A DNA stretch of 64,000 nt from a virus. Its lineage: Duplodnaviria > Heunggongvirae > Uroviricota > Caudoviricetes. The stretch is taken from the IMG/VR virus record IMGVR_UViG_3300042914_002848; one strand, 5' to 3'. The notes under the pieces are model-generated. The model was not told the origin of the DNA and did not search any database. It saw only the letters and a program-made list of their open reading frames with translations. This document shows positions 28,409 to 38,760 of the stretch, one piece after another; within the stretch, counting starts at the first letter, position 1; each line of letters opens with the position of its first letter. A program made the translations under genes and the position numbers.

Positions 28409-29637
28409 AACATCAATTTAGTTCCTGTTAATACCTGCCAATTTAAGAATGTTTGATTCAATTGATAAACGCCTGAAAAACTTATAGTCCATTTAAACTT
28501 ATCAGTTACTTTCAAATCGGTATTCACCATTGGTATGAATAAAAATCCACTCTTATACCATTGCCCTGCATAGAAATAAATATAGGGAGAATACACAGCT
28601 AATCCAAGAAAATTAACACCAATTGATTTTCCACCTTTAAAGTTTGTAAATCCCCCACCAATCAAAGACCAATTTCTAAAAGTATTTTTACTAATCTCAC
28701 CCAATGTAAAGGTTGTTCCTCCCATAAGTGTTATCTTATTTATTTTTTGGGCATTGAGTAGGGAAGCAGTTAAAAACCAATCTTCTTTAAAGTTACTCAT
28801 ATACGATGTAGAAAATATACCCATATACTCTTTATACTTTAAAGAACCATACCCCGATACATTTAATATGTTTTGTCCAGTTTGATAGTTTATGTTTATA
28901 CCCTTAATAAAGGTTTGTGAGGTATTGACATGAGTTAGAGATGTATTGAATCTGAAATTATCACTACCCTTTTTTGTAATATCTGAATCGTTTCTTATTA
29001 TTACAATATCCCCCGTTGCTATTAAAGCACCATTTGATACTTTGGATGATGATTTACTCTTTCCACCACCACCTCCTCCTCCACCATCACCACTATTTTC
29101 ACTTTCACCACCACTTGCCGTTTGTTGGTTTTGTTCTCCCACTACACCATCTCCACCACCTTCAGTTGAGGAATTGCTGTTATTGTTGTTATTATTGCTT
29201 CCACCATCACTTCTCGGTGCGGGTGGGGGTGTGGGTATGCTTCCAACAGAACTGCCGATAGAACTCGCCATAGATACTACTGATGTTAGGTTAGCAACTC
29301 CTCCCGCAGTTACACTACCTATAAAGTTAGAAACATTATTTGATGCTTCCGCTCCTTCGGCTGCGCAAGGGTTTGAGCCGGGAGGTAAAGCATCTCTGAT
29401 AGATTGTACCCATTGTTCATACGCCCCACCACTCAATTCAGCATAGGTAAATATGCGGTATTGTCCCGCATAAAACATTGTTACTTCGGATGATTGTGTT
29501 TGTAGTTGAACTGATTCAGTTCTACCATTACATGGGTTGATATAAGAATAGGTGAAACTCTGAGCGTGTACACTCAAAATTCCACCTATAATTAAGATAG
29601 TAGTAAGTAGTAGTTTTTTACCAACCATTTTGCTCAA
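28405..29637 (-). CDS. secreted protein with Gly/Asn/Ser low-complexity linker and C-terminal beta-strand-rich region (candidate outer-membrane beta-barrel, PorP/SprF-like?)
   Basis: Signal peptide MSKMVGKKLLLTTILIIGGILSVHAQ. The C-terminal ~200 aa show amphipathic, alternating hydrophobic periodicity. Confidence 0.5.
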   Translation of the reverse strand: MSKMVGKKLLLTTILIIGGILSVHAQSFTYSYINPCNGRTESVQLQTQSSEVTMFYAGQYRIFTYAELSGGAYEQWVQSIRDALPPGSNPCAAEGAEASNNVSNFIGSVTAGGVANLTSVVSMASSIGSSVGSIPTPPPAPRSDGGSNNNNNNSNSSTEGGGDGVVGEQNQQTASGGESENSGDGGGGGGGGKSKSSSKVSNGALIATGDIVIIRNDSDITKKGSDNFRFNTSLTHVNTSQTFIKGININYQTGQNILNVSGYGSLKYKEYMGIFSTSYMSNFKEDWFLTASLLNAQKINKITLMGGTTFTLGEISKNTFRNWSLIGGGFTNFKGGKSIGVNFLGLAVYSPYIYFYAGQWYKSGFLFIPMVNTDLKVTDKFKWTISFSGVYQLNQTFLNWQVLTGTKLML

Positions 29638-30313
29638 GACGCTTTACGAGGTTCATTGTCGCAACCTCCAAAGCCTTCTGAGTAGCAATACCAACGGTTG
29701 ATTGGTCAAATCCCATTGTAGGGTTTTTAAAGTAACCCTCACCAAATTGAGTAGATTGTCCTTGACCTGAAGCAACTATAAATTGTGAGTTTTCTACATT
29801 TACTAAACGAATTTGGATACCCATAATGGTTGTATTCGTTTTCTTTAATTTACCCTTATCATAGTTTTCTGCGTATGAAACTGAAAAATCATAGATTTCA
29901 GCATAAACTATGTATTTAGGTAAACGAATACCCTGCATTTTAAGTTTTGTTTTACCATCATCTAAACCATCAATCTTCTTTTCCCACGCATCCAACATTT
30001 GGTTTACAACGGCATCTTTTTCTTCAGTAAATTCAAAACGATTAGTATATAATAGGTTTTCTATAATACGATTAGATACACCTAAGCCAAGTCTTTTCTC
30101 TCTCAATTCAGGAAATGTCTCCCAAAGTTCTTTGTTTACATTTAATTTTGAAAGTTGAAGCGTTTGTTTCTTACCTGTGTAGGTAGAGATAGATTCTAAT
30201 GTTCTATCTGTCTTTTCAAAATCCGCTTGATATTGTGTAGTTGATATAGATGATTTACACCCACTCAATAACAACAAGCAACTTACGATTGGAATTAAAA
30301 CTATTTCTCTCAT
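29618..30313 (-). CDS. lipoprotein
   Basis: Lipobox LLLSGC|KSS after an N-terminal hydrophobic segment. Confidence 0.55.
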   Translation of the reverse strand: MREIVLIPIVSCLLLLSGCKSSISTTQYQADFEKTDRTLESISTYTGKKQTLQLSKLNVNKELWETFPELREKRLGLGVSNRIIENLLYTNRFEFTEEKDAVVNQMLDAWEKKIDGLDDGKTKLKMQGIRLPKYIVYAEIYDFSVSYAENYDKGKLKKTNTTIMGIQIRLVNVENSQFIVASGQGQSTQFGEGYFKNPTMGFDQSTVGIATQKALEVATMNLVKRLEQNGW

Positions 30314-30708
30314 TCTTCACCTTCCTGTTCTGCTTGTTTAGCTCTCAATCTCTTCATTCTCTCAGCAGGTGTTTCTTTCTTTTCTTCAACAGGTGCTGCT
30401 GCAGCAGGAGCTGCGGTTTGAGCTGGTGCTACTTCTCTGATAGTTTCCTTTTCTCTGATTACAGTAGTTCCACCACCACTACCTGCGGATGAATTACTTT
30501 GGTTGTTGTTCTCCAAATTAAGATTGATTACTGGTGCTGCGGCAGGTGCGGCCTGTTCCGTTTTGGTTTCTTCACTATCGTTTCCACCACCACCGAATAA
30601 GGTTGTGGAAATCCACACACCACCACCCGTAACTACAGTGGCGAGTGTTCCAACGATGGTCTTTTTTAATCCACCCCAAGTACCATCATTTTCTGTCTCT
30701 TCTGCCAT
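30310..30708 (-). CDS. membrane protein with Gly-zipper TM and Ala/Pro-rich low-complexity region
   Basis: 132-aa ORF. Confidence 0.45.
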   Translation of the reverse strand: MAEETENDGTWGGLKKTIVGTLATVVTGGGVWISTTLFGGGGNDSEETKTEQAAPAAAPVINLNLENNNQSNSSAGSGGGTTVIREKETIREVAPAQTAAPAAAAPVEEKKETPAERMKRLRAKQAEQEGEE

Positions 30709-30721
30709 TTTTTCTCCTTTT

Positions 30722-32623
30722 TTAGAATTTAAATATTTTGTAAACTTTTTGCTTTTCGTTAGTGGTTAATCTTACAAAGTAAAAACCTGTCTTTAAATCA
30801 CTAACATTGATTTTTTTCGTAACTACTTGATTTTGATTTACGAACTCTTTTTCTGAATAAAAGTTTTTACCCATATAATCGTAGATTTCGTATGTTAAAT
30901 ATCCCCAATCAGTTTGGAAATAATCTATGTTTAAGTTGTCTTGAACAGGGTTAGGATATACTCTGAATCCATTCACCAATTGGTCTACCAACTCTCTTGC
31001 TCTTCTACCATTAACCACAGTCGCATCTACAGGTGAAGGGATGATATTCAAATCTTCTGCTTTTTCATTTCCCGCTGCTTTGTTGGTTATTTTAATAGGT
31101 GATTGTTCCCAGTTTTGATTTAAGATTTCAAATTGGAAATTGAACATTTGAGTTGGGTTGGTGATAAGTGATGGAGACATTTTAGATTCGTGTCCACCCC
31201 AAGTTATCTCACCAGGCTTTGCTGAAATGAATGCGTTCCAAGCACTTGCTTCAGGCCCTACATTAACATTTGTAAACCTAAAAATGGTTGGGTCATACTT
31301 TAAAGATAATTGTGCCGCACCTACTTTGTTTCCGTGTGTGATAAAGGTAACAGCAACATTTACTGAATTATCATCTGAAATAGTTAATTTAGGTATTCTA
31401 AATTGAACCGAATCTTCAATGTTTTGATAGATTGTTCCTTCATCCAATACATAAGATGTTCCGCTTGTTGGGTTGTTTACTCTTTGAATTTGGAATGATA
31501 AGTTGTTTAATCCAGTATTTGTTACATCCCCTAAAACATACCCTCTATAACTTAACGAACTTAATCCATTCAATGGAACATCAATGTTAGTTGTACCTAT
31601 GATATTGGTTTGGAATACATCTGGGTTAGCCATAATCGTAGCGTATTCTCCTGCGGTATAATACCTAATATTGTATTCATTTGCTACTACAGGAGACCAA
31701 GTAGTTCTACCTGTTGCTAAACGATTAAATATTAAATAAGCATCGGATACGGATAATGTGTTATTGCGGTTTACATCACCTTGTTGGAACTCGTATGCTT
31801 GGGCAGTATCAGCGTAAATACTCATATCGGATAATCTATAAGCATCGGTAATGTTGATAGCTGAATTATCAGATAGGGTATCTAAATTTGATACTAACTT
31901 AACATTGTAGAAAGATGTATCGTATGGGATTTTAATTCCTGCTAAACCAGCAGCGTCTGTTACAAATCTTTCACCACGACTATAAGTTTGTGTGGTTTTC
32001 AGTTTGTAATCAAATGCGAATGGCATATCCGGCGCAGGTGTTCCATCTACATTTAATAAGGTTACGGGGAACACCAAAGTATCCATTTGGAATCTACCTC
32101 CGTAGCTGTAAACACCTAAAGCGTTATCAACACCAGCGGTTGTGGTTGCTATGTTTGTGTAGGCAGGGGTAGATTGAACTTCTAATGAATCAACGGAAGA
32201 AGGATTGAACCCAACGGCGTGTGGGAGTAAAACTTCAAATATAGCACCATCTGGCCAATCAAATACTGCTGATGTCCCAGTATAGATTGCCGTTGCGTTT
32301 ACCCAACCAGGCTGACTATAATAAGAACCATACTTTGTACCGATTCCTGCTGCGGTTGGTCCCCATTTTACAATAGGTTGCTTGAAAGCTGCGGTAGGGT
32401 AAAAAAATCTTACCTGAAAACCAGCATAACTTACTGCAGTTGGATTGTGATAGTGTAAATATACTACAGTAGTGTCCTCTAATACACTACCCAATGTAAA
32501 CACCGTATCAATCAAAAAGTGTGGTGAGTTTGAGTTTGGTGATACTAATACTTCCGTTCTTCCGTTTTGAGCAAATGCTCCAAATGGTAAAAGTAACGCA
32601 AATAATAAAATAAGTTTTTTCAT
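30722..32623 (-). CDS. secreted protein with type IX secretion system C-terminal sorting domain (T9SS cargo)
   Basis: Signal peptide MKKLILLFALLLPFGAFAQ. C-terminal CTD: YPNPVQDNL...EIYDYMGK...INVSDLKTGFYFVRL...KVYKIFKF, matching the Por_Secre_tail pattern. Confidence 0.7.
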   Translation of the reverse strand: MKKLILLFALLLPFGAFAQNGRTEVLVSPNSNSPHFLIDTVFTLGSVLEDTTVVYLHYHNPTAVSYAGFQVRFFYPTAAFKQPIVKWGPTAAGIGTKYGSYYSQPGWVNATAIYTGTSAVFDWPDGAIFEVLLPHAVGFNPSSVDSLEVQSTPAYTNIATTTAGVDNALGVYSYGGRFQMDTLVFPVTLLNVDGTPAPDMPFAFDYKLKTTQTYSRGERFVTDAAGLAGIKIPYDTSFYNVKLVSNLDTLSDNSAINITDAYRLSDMSIYADTAQAYEFQQGDVNRNNTLSVSDAYLIFNRLATGRTTWSPVVANEYNIRYYTAGEYATIMANPDVFQTNIIGTTNIDVPLNGLSSLSYRGYVLGDVTNTGLNNLSFQIQRVNNPTSGTSYVLDEGTIYQNIEDSVQFRIPKLTISDDNSVNVAVTFITHGNKVGAAQLSLKYDPTIFRFTNVNVGPEASAWNAFISAKPGEITWGGHESKMSPSLITNPTQMFNFQFEILNQNWEQSPIKITNKAAGNEKAEDLNIIPSPVDATVVNGRRARELVDQLVNGFRVYPNPVQDNLNIDYFQTDWGYLTYEIYDYMGKNFYSEKEFVNQNQVVTKKINVSDLKTGFYFVRLTTNEKQKVYKIFKF

Positions 32624-32643
32624 TTTACTCCTTTAAGGTTTAA

Positions 32644-32988
32644 TTATTCTTCATTTGATGATAGCGAAACCCCATCTTCTTCGTCCATTTTCTGAACAAG
32701 CATCTTATCTCTATCTTCATTAGAGAACCAAAAGTCTACTACTTTGTTTAGATTACCCACAAAAGCACCTAAAAGGATAAGTAGTAACTCTTTCCACGCT
32801 TCTTCAATACTTGCTTTGAACATTACTGCTAAAACAATACCGAATATGATAAAAAAGAATGTAAATAAAATTAATAATGTAATTTTCCAACGATTTGACT
32901 GCATCGTTTGGAGCATGAAATTGAATCTTTGGTCGTTTTCAACTCTTTGAAAATCTTCGTTGTATAGTAATTTGTTAATAAGTCCCAT
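32644..32988 (-). CDS. membrane protein
   Basis: 114 aa with two TM helices. Confidence 0.45.
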   Translation of the reverse strand: MGLINKLLYNEDFQRVENDQRFNFMLQTMQSNRWKITLLILFTFFFIIFGIVLAVMFKASIEEAWKELLLILLGAFVGNLNKVVDFWFSNEDRDKMLVQKMDEEDGVSLSSNEE

Positions 32989-32990
32989 AA

Positions 32991-33242
32991 TTATTCCTCC
33001 CCTTTGTCGCAGTTACAATCTTTCTTTTTGAAAATCTTATCTGCGGATGCTAAACCTAAAGCTCCAAAAGCAAGTGCAGCAACTGCATTTACTAATGAAT
33101 CAGCTGGGGCGATGTGGGATTCGGTGAATTGATTGTGGTACATTGTAACACATAGTGTCAATGCTGATAAAATACCCACAAATCGTTTGGATGAAAATCC
33201 TCCTTTTTCGTCTTGGAAGATTTCAGTAAAAAATCTCTTCAT
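32991..33242 (-). CDS. membrane protein
   Basis: 83 aa with two TM helices. Confidence 0.45.
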   Translation of the reverse strand: MKRFFTEIFQDEKGGFSSKRFVGILSALTLCVTMYHNQFTESHIAPADSLVNAVAALAFGALGLASADKIFKKKDCNCDKGEE

Positions 33243-33300
33243 AGTCTTGTCCTTTCATTGTTTTTAACATAACCAAATTGACAAAACCAAATTTAAAACC

Positions 33301-33507
33301 TTATATAAATAGGTAATTTTTTGGAATAACCCACTCCATTCCGAATGGGTCTGAAACTTTTATTTCATTTCCCAGAAGTTCTTTTATCTGAACTCTCTCC
33401 CCCTCTAACAGGCTTCCCCTGTGGTTGGAGAATGTCATCAACATTCTCACCCTTTCTCCCTTTTTTGGGCTTAAACTTTTCAAATCCTGCGGGTTCTCCA
33501 TAATCAT
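33301..33507 (-). CDS. hypothetical protein
   Basis: 68-aa ORF. Confidence 0.4.
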   Translation of the reverse strand: MIMENPQDLKSLSPKKGERVRMLMTFSNHRGSLLEGERVQIKELLGNEIKVSDPFGMEWVIPKNYLFI

Positions 33508-33524
33508 AATTTTTTAAATCTATT

Positions 33525-34712
33525 TTAGGCATAATTATTCACAATTTTTATTAAATCATTTTCGTAATGTCTTACTGAACTAATATGGAATTTAAATATA
33601 TCCATTTCATAATAACCAACTGATATTTCATTCTCTGTTAAAATCTCCGATAATCTTTCAATAAATATAAAGTTATTTTGGTTTAACATCGTACCATCAA
33701 ACTCAACAACAATATCATTTTCACAAATAGGGTCGTGGTGGTTAATTAAACGAATTCTTCTACTTAAATCAAACTTTGTATTTTTTTGTTCTTCATCAAT
33801 GTAATTGGTGGTTATCATACCATATCCATCTTCTATGTATATTTTATCACACCAAGGTTCTAATGCCCTCAACAACTCTAAATTACAATTCTTTACTACT
33901 AACCCAACACCATATTTGTGGGGGATGATTGGATACTGATACTCATCGTTTTTTATCCAACTACCCCATTTACGCAGGTAGTTTCGGGCAGCAGATTGTT
34001 TCATATTATGAAAATCTACATCTTTGGTAACTTGCTCTATTCCATCCTGAAACTGACCTCCTCTACAAGTTAGATGATACACAAAAGCTGTCCATATTTG
34101 TGTAATATCATATCCATTTAAAATAAATCTATTAAAAATATCACTATCTTCGTGATAAGAGTGAAAAGTTTCATCGTGCATCCCAATTTTAGTAATATCT
34201 TCTTTATAACAAGCCCATGGAGCAAATATCCCTTTGGTTGTTATGTTTTGATTTTTCGTAATTAACTCCCTCACAAATTCATCAAATTCTTCTTTTTTAA
34301 AATCTTCAGGATAAAGTCCAAAGTTTTTAACTATTTTTTCTTTTCCTTCTGGGTGTAATGGTGGTTCAATTCTAGTTCCGGCTACAATACTACCCCGTTT
34401 CAAAAACTTTAAAATATTTTCATCAAACCCTCTAGCCACATACATATCAGCGTGAAACATACAAACTATTTCAGTAGTTGCCATTTCAATACACTTATTA
34501 TAAGCATGGGCAATTCCTTGTGGTTTATTTAAATCATTTTTAAGGTATTGAATTCCGTTTTCAATTAACCATGTTTCTGTCCCATCCTCATCCATATCAA
34601 CATAGACAATAATATGGTGTTCAATAGCACTATTTTCTTTAATAGATTTAATACTATTTTTTAAATATCTAAGATTGTTTTTGCTTGGGATACAAAAAGT
34701 TATTTTATTCAT
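33525..34712 (-). CDS. glycosyltransferase family 2 with C-terminal extension
   Basis: GT2 N-terminus ITFCIPSKNNLRYLKNSIKSI...VYVDMDEDGT. Start set at MNKITF to avoid overlapping the upstream gene. Confidence 0.6.
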   Translation of the reverse strand: MNKITFCIPSKNNLRYLKNSIKSIKENSAIEHHIIVYVDMDEDGTETWLIENGIQYLKNDLNKPQGIAHAYNKCIEMATTEIVCMFHADMYVARGFDENILKFLKRGSIVAGTRIEPPLHPEGKEKIVKNFGLYPEDFKKEEFDEFVRELITKNQNITTKGIFAPWACYKEDITKIGMHDETFHSYHEDSDIFNRFILNGYDITQIWTAFVYHLTCRGGQFQDGIEQVTKDVDFHNMKQSAARNYLRKWGSWIKNDEYQYPIIPHKYGVGLVVKNCNLELLRALEPWCDKIYIEDGYGMITTNYIDEEQKNTKFDLSRRIRLINHHDPICENDIVVEFDGTMLNQNNFIFIERLSEILTENEISVGYYEMDIFKFHISSVRHYENDLIKIVNNYA

Positions 34713-34713
34713 A

Positions 34714-35271
34714 TCAAACCCAATGTGTAAATTTAACTCCAATTTTTTCAATTTCTTTTATCAATTCAATTGTACTGTTTTTATCTTCCCCATTTTCTAA
34801 AATAGGATACATATCTTTGTGTGAATGAAACTCTACAAATAAATCATTTAGATATTGAATTGAATTATCTTCTATCATTTTTCTCAAAACAGCATATTCC
34901 GCACCTTCTATATCCATTTTAACAACTATAAAATCATCTTTAGAAAAATTTTGTATTATAAATTCGCTAAAATCCAAACACATTACATCAATAGAGCCAT
35001 AGTAATTTTTTCCTATATGGTTTTTATATATAGATGATGAATCGGTGTTTGGGTATGCAATATTAAACGTAATTATTTCATTATTAGTATATATTGCTTT
35101 ATTAATGTAATGAATATTATTGTGAATATTTTGTTCGTTGTGCTCTTGCCATAAATAAGTGTTAGGTTCAAATGAGTATATTTCCCAACTACTATCCATA
35201 TTATACATTTGTATGAATTTCATTAAACCCTCTGCCAAATGTGTCCCGCAATCTAAAAATATTTTTTTCAT
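34714..35271 (-). CDS. FkbM-family methyltransferase
   Basis: FLDCGTHLAEG and the overall FkbM layout. Confidence 0.55.
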   Translation of the reverse strand: MKKIFLDCGTHLAEGLMKFIQMYNMDSSWEIYSFEPNTYLWQEHNEQNIHNNIHYINKAIYTNNEIITFNIAYPNTDSSSIYKNHIGKNYYGSIDVMCLDFSEFIIQNFSKDDFIVVKMDIEGAEYAVLRKMIEDNSIQYLNDLFVEFHSHKDMYPILENGEDKNSTIELIKEIEKIGVKFTHWV

Positions 35272-35283
35272 ACTATCTAATTA

Positions 35284-36117
35284 TTATTTTGGTAAACACA
35301 ATAAGTTATGACCAGATTTCGGTGATATATCAGTATGTGTTTTAATTTTATTTCCTAAATTGTTAATATCAAATACACCATTACGTTCATCATAGCACTC
35401 ATAGTTTAAATCGGCTATAACATATAATAGTTCATCTATTTCTTTAAAATTTAAACCATCGTATAATTCTGTTATTAATACAGGTTTACATTCAGTTATA
35501 ATAGGTTTAAGGGTTGGAATTATATTTTTATCATGTCCTTCAGCATCTATTTTGATTAAACTAATATTATTTATTAAATTATTGTGGTGTTCTTTTAAAA
35601 AATCGGCTGTATTTACAGCAAAAACATCCAATGGAATAGTATGGCCGGTGACCCCGATACCAGCATTTAAAGATTCCGCGTATCCGCCATTACAAAAACC
35701 ATAGTCGGAATAATGAAAGGTTAAGTTTGTATTTTTTGTAGAACACGCTAAATTGTAAGGAATAATATTTTGATGTATGGTTGAATTTAATTCCAACACT
35801 TCATAAGCAACTGGATTTGGTTCGAATGAAATAACTTTATTTGCAAATAGTGAAAAAGCTATGGACATATTTCCTACTTGGGCACCAATATCTATTACAT
35901 TTGAATTTGGTCTAATTAACTTCTTTATATTATTTAATATGGTATTGGTAAATAATTCGCGTTGCTCCCAATTTCCTTGATATGGGTGATTCCATTTATA
36001 ATATTTAAAATTATATTCAATAATATTGTAATTAACAATACTGCTTGAATAGTGAAAGTTATTTTTTTTTAAAAATTGTATAACTTCTTCTCTGTATTCT
36101 TTAATTTCTTTTAACAT
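35284..36117 (-). CDS. SAM-dependent methyltransferase (FkbM-like)
   Basis: Motif I VIDIGAQVGNMSIAF. Confidence 0.55.
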   Translation of the reverse strand: MLKEIKEYREEVIQFLKKNNFHYSSSIVNYNIIEYNFKYYKWNHPYQGNWEQRELFTNTILNNIKKLIRPNSNVIDIGAQVGNMSIAFSLFANKVISFEPNPVAYEVLELNSTIHQNIIPYNLACSTKNTNLTFHYSDYGFCNGGYAESLNAGIGVTGHTIPLDVFAVNTADFLKEHHNNLINNISLIKIDAEGHDKNIIPTLKPIITECKPVLITELYDGLNFKEIDELLYVIADLNYECYDERNGVFDINNLGNKIKTHTDISPKSGHNLLCLPK

Positions 36118-36995
36118 AAAATTTTATTTTTAAATTTTTCTAATTCATTTAAAAGATTTGCTTCAGCGTGTCTTTTAAACTCCAATTGCTTATCAATTAA
36201 GTGTAAATATTTTTGATATGGATTATGGCGGTATTTAAAATTTTCTATAACTATTACTTCTTCTAGCACAAATTGTTGTATATTGTAATTACAGTTCTTC
36301 ATTATATCACAACACAACATAACATATGTATCATCCACACCATATGGTCCAAATGAATCAGGAATATCTGTTAATTTTAATAATTTAGTGGATAGCAAAT
36401 TAAACCAACCACCACCGAATTTAAAATAATTTATACTTTTTAAATTTACATCACCACTAAAAGAATAGTTGACAATTTTAAAAGGATCAACATTCCTATA
36501 TCTTTCTAAATTTGGTGATAAATTGATAAAATTTTTGTTTACTAAAGAATCCCAACTATTATCCCACATTTTCATTATTTCCGGTGATATAACGTAATAA
36601 TCAATATTAATTTTTTTAGAAGATTCTATCAAATAAAAAAAATGCTCGGGTTTAAATATAACATCACAATCTAAATAAAGAATATTATCAGAGGTGGTTG
36701 AACGTACAGCTTCTCTTCTTTTATCATCACACCCCATACATTTACTATCATCATCAATCACAAACTGAGTTTCCGCCCAATCCCACAATTTTTTTATTTG
36801 ATTAAATTTATCAATGAAAAATTGTTTAGGTATTTGTGATTTTTTCCAGTCAACTAAATTTAAATTTAAAGTGGTATCTATTATTATTTTATCTTCTGGA
36901 TTCAGATAATAACTACCAATTTTAAATTGTAATGATTGCCATTCAAACCAGTCTATTTCATGTGGTAGTAGATGAACTACTATATGCGTTTTCAT
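36111..36995 (-). CDS. hypothetical protein (glycan island)
   Basis: 294-aa ORF. Confidence 0.5.
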   Translation of the reverse strand: MKTHIVVHLLPHEIDWFEWQSLQFKIGSYYLNPEDKIIIDTTLNLNLVDWKKSQIPKQFFIDKFNQIKKLWDWAETQFVIDDDSKCMGCDDKRREAVRSTTSDNILYLDCDVIFKPEHFFYLIESSKKINIDYYVISPEIMKMWDNSWDSLVNKNFINLSPNLERYRNVDPFKIVNYSFSGDVNLKSINYFKFGGGWFNLLSTKLLKLTDIPDSFGPYGVDDTYVMLCCDIMKNCNYNIQQFVLEEVIVIENFKYRHNPYQKYLHLIDKQLEFKRHAEANLLNELEKFKNKILC

Positions 36996-37843
36996 TTTAG
37001 TAAATGTTTAAATTTATTTTTGTTTATTTTTATGTACTCAGGCAAGTTTACATTATCTATCCAATATTTAAATTCATTTCTACCTAGAATATCTGTATTA
37101 CTTTCTAAACTGTTAGAAATGTTGTTTTTAATATAATCATTATTATATTCTTGATGGCCAAAATTTTCTATTTTGGTTTTAATTCTATCAACACCACCTT
37201 GATAAGAAAAATGCCAACCAGCATTATCAATATAGGTGTATGTAGTTTTATTTGGAGTATCTAAGTGATTTACACTTGCATTTTTAACATTTTTAAATTT
37301 AGTATAATAAGTTCCGGCCCATTCTTCACTACTGCGCATGTTAAGATACATAGAAAAAACCAATTGTTTACACTTATATATTTGATTATCATCTATAACA
37401 TAACTAATATTTGGATTCCAAATTTCATCCAAATCCGATATATAGCACACGTCATCATCGGCAATTCCAGCATTAATTAAAGCATCTTTCATACATTCTT
37501 TTTGATAAAATTCACGCATCCAATGAAACTGCCCATATGGTACATTTGTAGTAGTTAAACAATTCAAATATTTTTGTTTATCAATAGTTGTTGATGCATT
37601 CAAAAATCTGAATTGAAGCTCCTCATACGATTTTGGGGTATCATCAACTATATGATGTATTATTTTGTGTGCATATTTTTTAAATAATTCTTTATTTTCA
37701 TCATAAAATAATTTTTTATTTAATCCAGAAAAAGAAATGTTTGATTCAACAATTACAAATTTATCTACAACATTTTCAAGTGTATTTAATCTAATTTCTA
37801 ATAATTCTAATTCATTAAAGAATATAAAGCAATCGTATATCAT
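36992..37843 (-). CDS. glycosyltransferase, GT17-like (tentative)
   Basis: N-terminus DCFIFFNELELLEIRL...VDKFVIVESNISFSG resembles bacterial Glyco_transf_17 homologs. Confidence 0.45.
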   Translation of the reverse strand: MIYDCFIFFNELELLEIRLNTLENVVDKFVIVESNISFSGLNKKLFYDENKELFKKYAHKIIHHIVDDTPKSYEELQFRFLNASTTIDKQKYLNCLTTTNVPYGQFHWMREFYQKECMKDALINAGIADDDVCYISDLDEIWNPNISYVIDDNQIYKCKQLVFSMYLNMRSSEEWAGTYYTKFKNVKNASVNHLDTPNKTTYTYIDNAGWHFSYQGGVDRIKTKIENFGHQEYNNDYIKNNISNSLESNTDILGRNEFKYWIDNVNLPEYIKINKNKFKHLLK

Positions 37844-38742
37844 TTTAAGTAAATTTTTGTTTGATTAATAAATAAATTTAATTCTCTTTTACATTCATCG
37901 TATGTTTGTAAATTTCCAAATCTATCCATATAAATAAAATCTTTATATAAATTACAACCCATAGACCAATACCCGTTAGATATATTATGTCTTGCCCAAT
38001 ATTTTGGAGCAATAATTAATTTTGCTAACTCATTTGTTAAAGCTGGGAAATATCCAAAGCTAGAGTTGGATAAAATTAACCACTTTGCGTTTTTTATTAT
38101 TGAATAATCCTCCCCAACACCCATGTGAAAAACATTATCGGATAACTCAGGTAATAAATTTTTTACACAATTTGGATTTTCGGTAATTACAGCAAAAGTC
38201 ATTTGGGGATTAATACTTAGCATATGATTAATAGCATTAACCCAATATGTTCTAGATAAAAATAATGTATCATCACCCTCATAGTCCCGTATATTTAAAA
38301 TACACACATCATCATTTGAAAAATCATATATATCATATTCGGGCTTAACACATAACCATTTTTTAATATCATTTTTATAATCATAAAAATAATCTTCCGA
38401 TTGTAATAATCCATCTATTTTGCAATTATCATGTAACGATAACACATTATAATCAGTCAACCGTATATCACACCCTATAGTTGCATCGTGCTGACTAGTA
38501 TTTAATTTGATTCTACATTCTTTTTCTTTGTAGTAATTAGTAATTGCGCTAATATCAACAGGCAATCCTAAATCCAAATCCATAAAATACACTCCTTTAT
38601 CGTTGTATCTTCTATCTCCAAAGTTTTCTAAACCAGTGAAACCAAATTCATACCCATTGCGTAGTGCAATAGCTCTTGTTGTAACATATACAGCAAGTTG
38701 GTTTCCAAAACCCTGTCCATAATAAAATTCGGTTGTTATCAT
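37840..38742 (-). CDS. glycosyltransferase family 11-like (alpha-1,2-fucosyltransferase-like)
   Basis: N-terminal GQGFGNQL resembles the GT11 GGLGNQMFQ motif. Confidence 0.5.
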   Translation of the reverse strand: MITTEFYYGQGFGNQLAVYVTTRAIALRNGYEFGFTGLENFGDRRYNDKGVYFMDLDLGLPVDISAITNYYKEKECRIKLNTSQHDATIGCDIRLTDYNVLSLHDNCKIDGLLQSEDYFYDYKNDIKKWLCVKPEYDIYDFSNDDVCILNIRDYEGDDTLFLSRTYWVNAINHMLSINPQMTFAVITENPNCVKNLLPELSDNVFHMGVGEDYSIIKNAKWLILSNSSFGYFPALTNELAKLIIAPKYWARHNISNGYWSMGCNLYKDFIYMDRFGNLQTYDECKRELNLFINQTKIYLK

Positions 38743-38760
38743 TAGATATAAATTTTATAG

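Noticed and set aside
28405-29637. Ordinary virion or tail-fibre interpretation of the Gly/Asn/Ser-rich 410-aa protein and neighbouring large proteins
   Set aside because: They carry N-terminal Sec signal peptides, a lipobox, or a T9SS CTD, which are incompatible with cytoplasmic virion assembly. No capsid, portal, terminase or baseplate motifs were recognised anywhere in the window.
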